Positions 49,946-52,357 of a stretch of DNA of 52,357 nt are shown one piece after another (within the stretch, counting starts at the first letter, position 1; each line of letters opens with the position of its first letter). The notes below the pieces were generated by a model that saw only the letters and a list, made by a program, of their open reading frames with translations, was not told the DNA's origin and ran no database searches. Source of the DNA: Candidatus Caldarchaeales archaeon (GTDB lineage: Archaea; Thermoproteota; Nitrososphaeria_A; Caldarchaeales; Wolframiiraptoraceae); assembly GCA_039630055.1 (NCBI GenBank), contig JBCNVN010000005.1, positions 1 to 52,357 on the forward strand. Direction: 5' to 3'. A program made the translations under genes and the position numbers.

Positions 49946-50905
49946 CTACCCTTTGAGAACATCTACTGCTTTTCTGATGTCTCCCGCCCTAGTACTGAAG
50001 AAGATGGTGAAAAGAATATTTCCAATTGTGATCGTAGATATGAAGGCTAACTGGTCTATTGTTCCAGCCTCGATCACTCTAACAAGTGATAATACTGGCA
50101 TCAGCATCGAGGAGAATGCTCCAGACATATACATCACCGCCATCCTATTCCTTGTCCTCTTCCCTCTACTTCTATCAACACGTATCCCCAAAGTAATCAT
50201 ATAACATGCAAGTCTTCTAAACTTATCAACTCTATAAAGATTTGATAATCCAATAAAATATGATTTGAAATATATCCCTAGTGATCTTCCTACTATATAG
50301 TGGGCTAGACAGTGGCTAAAATACCAGAATATAATCCAAGATAGCAAGAGTATCATATAGTTTATGATAAGGTATTCGGTAGGATAAACGAACCATAATA
50401 TTATAACTCCAGCGGATAGGGCGGCCAATTGTAGAATTGAGCCAACTGGTATAGAGAGGGTGAACAAGTCGAACTCCTTGGGGGAAGGCTTATTGTCTAG
50501 ATAACTTCTAACAGCATCTTCTCTATACTGAAGAATTCTTGTGAAGGTCTTAACGATCAGAGGTCTAAGTAAAAAGTTCGAGAATATCGGCCCGATCGAT
50601 AGCTCCATCTCATCTTTTATCTCGACAGTTTCACTTTTCTGTCTGAACTCTGTTCTTATCGTAAACATGGATATCGGTGAACAATCGATAGACCTAGCCC
50701 TGAGCACTATCGAGATGTTCTCTTTATATTCTGGCTCTACAAGATATCTTATATCTTGATTGAAGAGTTTCAGGGTTAAAATGTTCTCGATGATCCTAGG
50801 TTTAAGACTTTTAGGGATAATCTTTTGAAGCATCTCCAATGTATACAATCTGTAAACTTGACCTATATGATCTCTAAGCACATATTCTCTTCTAATCTTT
50901 AACAT
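49946..50905 (-). CDS. Hypothetical: SRPBCC/START-like N-domain fused to a membrane domain with an M50-like HCxxH motif
   Basis: Start placed at ATG 50905, overlapping the GGR gene end. FSHCLAHY in a TM, SG motif, C-terminal GD. Confidence 0.6.
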   Translation of the reverse strand: MLKIRREYVLRDHIGQVYRLYTLEMLQKIIPKSLKPRIIENILTLKLFNQDIRYLVEPEYKENISIVLRARSIDCSPISMFTIRTEFRQKSETVEIKDEMELSIGPIFSNFLLRPLIVKTFTRILQYREDAVRSYLDNKPSPKEFDLFTLSIPVGSILQLAALSAGVIILWFVYPTEYLIINYMILLLSWIIFWYFSHCLAHYIVGRSLGIYFKSYFIGLSNLYRVDKFRRLACYMITLGIRVDRSRGKRTRNRMAVMYMSGAFSSMLMPVLSLVRVIEAGTIDQLAFISTITIGNILFTIFFSTRAGDIRKAVDVLKG

Positions 50906-51923
50906 TATCCTTTTTTCCCCTATAGAAGACTTCGCCCAACTTGATGAAATCTTTAACTCTAGATTGAATACCATATCTCTCTTCTCTAAACCTCATATGG
51001 AGATATATTTTGAATAATAGTATCCAGTCTCTTTTTAGATCTAGTTTGCCTTTTAATGCCTTCTTGATGAATTCGAAGACGGTACTATATGGTTTAAAGA
51101 TCTTTAGAATCGTCTTCCTATAGTTCTCAAAATCTTCCAGGTTCTCTACTAATGCCTCTGCAGAATATATGCTGGGTATTATGCCCTCGCCTTGTAGTGG
51201 ATAGACAGTACCAATAGATTCGCCTACTCCAACAATATTCCCCACGTAGAATGGCTGACAGTATTCTGGAGGATTAATCCTAACAGGTCTACCGATCTTC
51301 ATCAATACTTCTCCACGATTCTCCTCGACGAACTTCTTAGCAGCTTCAACATGTCTTCTATCGTAGTCTCCAGACCCTACATGGTATAGGCTGTCTCCAA
51401 GTGGAAAGTACCAGAGATATCCTTTTCTCCCGTCAAGAGGCTTGATATAGAAATCGTCATAAGGTGGTTCTCTAAACTTCACCCTATACTCTATCGTTGG
51501 GATAAAATAGTCTCTTCCGATCTTGGGTAGAAGAGACCTGTTGAAGCCTGATGCATCTATCACTATATCATAGCCTGAGGGTGGAGAACGTACATCTACC
51601 CCAAACTTTACCCTTGAACCTTTGATCAAGTCTTCTTCAAATCTCAGCTTATCGAATGTACAGAGTCCTCGGAGTTTTATGGGATAGATCTCTCTACCAA
51701 GGTCTAGATACAATTCTTTACCAACGTAAAGTACGTAGTCGTCAAAGTTTAGACCTACCTTTCTACATAGATCACGCATAGTATTTATGCTTGTACCCCA
51801 TGCACAGATAGGAAAATATCTAGATCTCTCCTGCTTCTCGAAACCTTCTACCAAGTATTCTCCACTGAGTCTAGCTAGAATGTATGAGCCGGCAACACCA
51901 GCGCCGACAACAGCGATCTTCAT
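50892..51923 (-). CDS. Geranylgeranyl reductase-family FAD oxidoreductase
   Basis: VVGAGVAG, IDASG, GYLWYFP and VGESIG.V.P..GEGI motifs. Confidence 0.85.
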   Translation of the reverse strand: MKIAVVGAGVAGSYILARLSGEYLVEGFEKQERSRYFPICAWGTSINTMRDLCRKVGLNFDDYVLYVGKELYLDLGREIYPIKLRGLCTFDKLRFEEDLIKGSRVKFGVDVRSPPSGYDIVIDASGFNRSLLPKIGRDYFIPTIEYRVKFREPPYDDFYIKPLDGRKGYLWYFPLGDSLYHVGSGDYDRRHVEAAKKFVEENRGEVLMKIGRPVRINPPEYCQPFYVGNIVGVGESIGTVYPLQGEGIIPSIYSAEALVENLEDFENYRKTILKIFKPYSTVFEFIKKALKGKLDLKRDWILLFKIYLHMRFREERYGIQSRVKDFIKLGEVFYRGKKDNVKD

Positions 51924-52045
51924 AGCTAGATATTCAAGAAGTTGAGACCTAATTTAAACATAAAATTGATGAAAGAATCTGTGAAGATGAAGCCTTCTAG
52001 AAATATCCATAAGAATTAAATTTAACCTTTAGATATCTAGGATCG

Positions 52046-52119
52046 GGGCCCGTAGCTCAGCCTGGTAGAGCAGCGGGCTCATAACCCGTTGGTCGTGGGT
52101 TCGAATCCCACCGGGCCCA
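52046..52119 (+). tRNA. tRNA with CAT anticodon, most likely tRNA-Ile2 (agmatidine-modified, reads ATA)
   Basis: Cloverleaf GGGCCCG/CGGGCCC with discriminator A and anticodon CAT at 52080-82. The GGGCCC acceptor is Ile-like, not initiator (A1-U72) or elongator Met (GCC...). Confidence 0.88.
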
Positions 52120-52227
52120 ACCCTAGTCCACAACATCTTCCAATATCTCCTTTCAAGGTTTTATTCTACAATATAATCATATCTATAAGCCTTCTCAAGA
52201 TCTAGTTCTTGACAAAGATATTAGAGG

Positions 52228-52276
52228 TCAGTTTATGTGGCCACATCATCTATTCAGCGTACCTCGACATCATCAT
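52228..52276 (-). ncRNA. Box C/D methylation-guide sRNA
   Basis: Minus strand reads C ATGATGA, guide TGTCGAGGTACG, D' CTGA, ATAG, C' ATGATGT, guide GGCCACATAAA, D CTGA. Confidence 0.85.
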
Positions 52277-52357
52277 CTATCCTTAAAATATAAAAACCAA
52301 GATTTTAGACTTTCCAAGATAAACAATCTTATGAGGATAAATCGATCCAGAATAGAT

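Noticed and set aside
804-50759. Many antisense or nested ORFs in the track (e.g. 804-1271, 3461-3862, 19394-19744, 31662-32225, 35045-35440, 49887-50204)
   Set aside because: They overlap well-supported genes or the sRNA and show no motifs; they are shadow frames.
1999-52118. 27/28-nt direct repeat (GGTCGTGGGTTCGARTCCCACCGGGCCC at 1999-2026 and 52091-52118) that could be attL/attR of a 50-kb element
   Set aside because: Both copies are 3' halves of complete, different tRNAs. The interval holds core genes and no integrase.
1-52357. CRISPR arrays, transposases, integrases, rRNA, inteins
   Set aside because: No regularly spaced repeats or recognisable motifs. AtpA and AtpB are of normal length.

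Overview
Archaeal chromosomal window, most consistent with a thermophilic TACK lineage close to Aigarchaeota (Caldarchaeales)/Nitrososphaerota. This is an inference from the AtpA Walker A GAFGTGKT, the split A-ATPase cluster, the style of the Tat leader on the solute-binding protein, a W-type AOR, and a tRNA intron at 37/38. Core genes include hisS, rpoH, coaD, rio1, dim2, aIF-1A, dph6, aIF-5A, atpA/B/D and a GGR-family reductase. Also present: two tRNAs (Arg-CCT with a 19-nt intron; a CAT tRNA with Ile2 features), two box C/D sRNA candidates, an AOR/Fe-S/flavoprotein/Ubl cluster, and a puuE + Ntn-hydrolase + Liv-type ABC cluster. I saw no integrase, transposase, CRISPR array or rRNA. The best candidate for an uncharacterised system is a tightly packed envelope operon at 11.76-18.96 kb: DUF350-like protein, a PrsW-like protein lacking its catalytic motifs, two Thr-stalked type I membrane proteins with Pro-rich PPxY tails (one an M6 metalloprotease), two unknown membrane proteins, and a PRC-barrel/Zn-ribbon protein. 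Other leads are a ubiquitin-fold protein ending GG-CKQL, a C/D guide predicted to target the 23S C2498 equivalent, two apparent non-ATG/GTG/TTG starts, a DPM2-like microprotein and several degenerate-enzyme fusions. All family calls come from motif recognition by eye; no searches were run.
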